From NCBI RefSeq assembly GCF_018977255.1, contig NW_024704742.1:78308001-78372000 (forward strand): DNA of 64,000 nucleotides, read 5' to 3'. Within the stretch, counting starts at the first letter, position 1. Every line of letters starts with the position of its first letter. The stretch is from Callorhinchus milii. Taxonomy: Eukaryota. The translations under genes were made by a program, and so were the position numbers. The notes beneath the pieces were generated by a model, which ran no database searches, was not told the DNA's origin, and saw only the letters and a list, made by a program, of their open reading frames with translations. Below are positions 62,213 to 64,000 of this stretch, in pieces.

Positions 62213-62970
62213 TAGAGCCTTATCATATCGTTAAGATGTCTCAAAGCACTTTACAGGATGTACTGTAAAGTGGTGCCATTATGTGTTTTGTGGACAGAAT
62301 GTGCTAGCCAATTTTATACACAGCAATGAAATAATAATAATAATACTTGGACTTCATATAACACCTTATCAGGTCTTCGAGACATCTCAAAGAGCTTTAC
62401 AGAATATACTGCAAAATGGAATTGACTGTTTATTTTGTGGGTGAATCGCGGCAGCCAATTGCGCACAGCAGTGCCCACAAACAGTCATGGATAAAGTAAC
62501 CAAATTGTGATTATTAAAAAAAAATGTTTTAAGGGATTATTACTCCCAGAAAAGCAATCCACCAATTGACTAACAGTCAGGTTCCTGCTTATTGCCAGGT
62601 AAACAGAGACGTGTGGAGTAAGGAAACTTGCCTAATGTTTCACCCTTCCCGGGAACCAAACCCGGGTCCTCTCGCTTGCAAGGCAATTGCTCTAAACAAT
62701 TCGCTGCAGGACCACGAATGAATGACTGAGTGACTAATTTTTTATTTGAGGTATTGTTGATCAGCACACTGGGAGAAACTCCCTTCTCTCTCTGAACAAT
62801 GCTGCAGGAATTCAGTTTAATGTTTCATCCGAAGCACGGCACCTCCAACAATGCAGCACTTCGCCAGCACTGCAGTGTCAGCCTAGACTATGAGCTCAAA
62901 TTCCCAACATGAGGCTTGAACCCACAACTCTCTGACTCAGAGGCGAGAGTTCTACCAGATTTGCGCTTGG
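62213..62970 (-). mobile_element. Old DeuSINE split by a younger SINE
   Basis: Tail part at 62213-62328; head and core at 62715-62970 (gcttgaacccacaactctctgactcagaggcgagag). Confidence 0.8.
62329..62712 (-). mobile_element. tRNA-derived SINE, long form, nested in DeuSINE
   Basis: Head, extra segment and (ATT)n tail. Confidence 0.9.
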
Positions 62971-63407
62971 CTCAAAGGGGCAGAATTTATCAAAGTTTCA
63001 TGAAAGTTGCTAACACAGTAATCTTTCATGAATATCAGCAATATGTTTCTTTCTTAAATAATAGTATTCATTTGCAAAATTATAAGTTAACTATTAATGT
63101 CACATTTCATTCACAACATACACAGTCAATTCACATTACAATATATTCTGTGAAGCGCTTTGAGACATCACAAAGATTATTATTATTATTATTATTAATG
63201 GGGTTGTTCAGAGAAATTAACCTCATCCCCAAGATAACTGGCTTTTACTGAAATATACCAATATTAGAGTAAAAATGTTAACCATACATCCAGAATACTC
63301 ATATTATGGCAATAGTTAACATAGACTACAAACATGAAAACTAAAAAAAAACTGACTTGAAATAAAACATCAAACATATTATTTCCACTGATTTTTTACT
63401 CAGCTGT

Positions 63408-63555
63408 ATGTCTAGCATATATGGAAATCCATCTTAACCTACTATGCTTAAGTGTATTCATATCAAACTACTAAAACTTCCACTTCTGCATGGAAATGGA
63501 ATGTGCACTCTCTTCCCAGAGGGAAGTTCTCTGCTTAACTAACTCTGGGAAATAT
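63408..63555 (+). repeat. Family X copy (diverged)
   Basis: atggaaatccatc..tgcttaagtgtatt..gaaatggaatgtgcactctcttcccagag..ctgcttaactaa. Confidence 0.6.
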
Positions 63556-64000
63556 TGGTACAAGTTGACAAAAGCCAAGGGTTGGAGAGCCCTAGAGTAT
63601 GCATTTGGAGTCCTGCTAGAATTTAATCAATGAAAAGGATTTTAAAAAAGTACATGATTTTTTTTGATCAGATTTTGTTAAAGGCAGTTTTAGATTGCCC
63701 TCGACCTTCACTGTGATATAGTAGAACCCTAATTCATTCCTCAATGGAAGGAGCACATTATAAAATTATCACAGATTTTACCTCCTTATTTCCAATCTTC
63801 AATTCGAATTCAATTATTTTCTGTTGTGCTTTCCAATCTTCACTGAACAGAGTTTACATCTATTTGTAAAACACTCTTCTGCTTCTCCTGGTTTCCACTA
63901 TCTATTCTGCTATTCTGCAGGGGGTGAGAGCAAGTTGACAGGAATCAGGTTTTCAGTGGCTCATAACTAACCTTAAAAGCCGTTGACAACTCAAGCTTGA

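Noticed and set aside
1..64000. CRISPR array, operon or novel multi-gene system
   Set aside because: No regularly spaced repeat-spacer array and no gene-dense region; the recurring motifs are SINE/LINE parts

Overview
Repeat-rich, apparently non-coding vertebrate DNA (a large intron or gene desert). The repeat inventory points to a cartilaginous fish, possibly a holocephalan such as elephant shark; this is inference, not verified. It includes many 5'-truncated L2 LINEs, CR1 fragments, old SacSINE1-like DeuSINEs and a young tRNA-Ala-headed SINE. I found no host protein-coding gene, rRNA, true tRNA or CRISPR array. Every ORF with recognisable protein motifs is a LINE ORF2 fragment. I cannot support a new multi-gene system here. 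The most notable observations are: (i) an L2/SINE partnership with a covarying 3' stem-loop and a SINE whose 5' module appears swapped; (ii) a Penelope-type terminal repeat with a decayed hammerhead ribozyme and a 10-bp TSD; (iii) a Helitron-like element; (iv) template-switch structures, namely a 72-bp palindrome, an A-B-A'-B' pseudoknot-like motif and a SINE-head/L2 chimera; (v) an ancient repeat family I cannot classify, with 5 copies; (vi) repeat-free blocks resembling conserved enhancers. Family names come from recalled consensus features, not a database search. Boundaries of degraded repeats are approximate (tens of bp).
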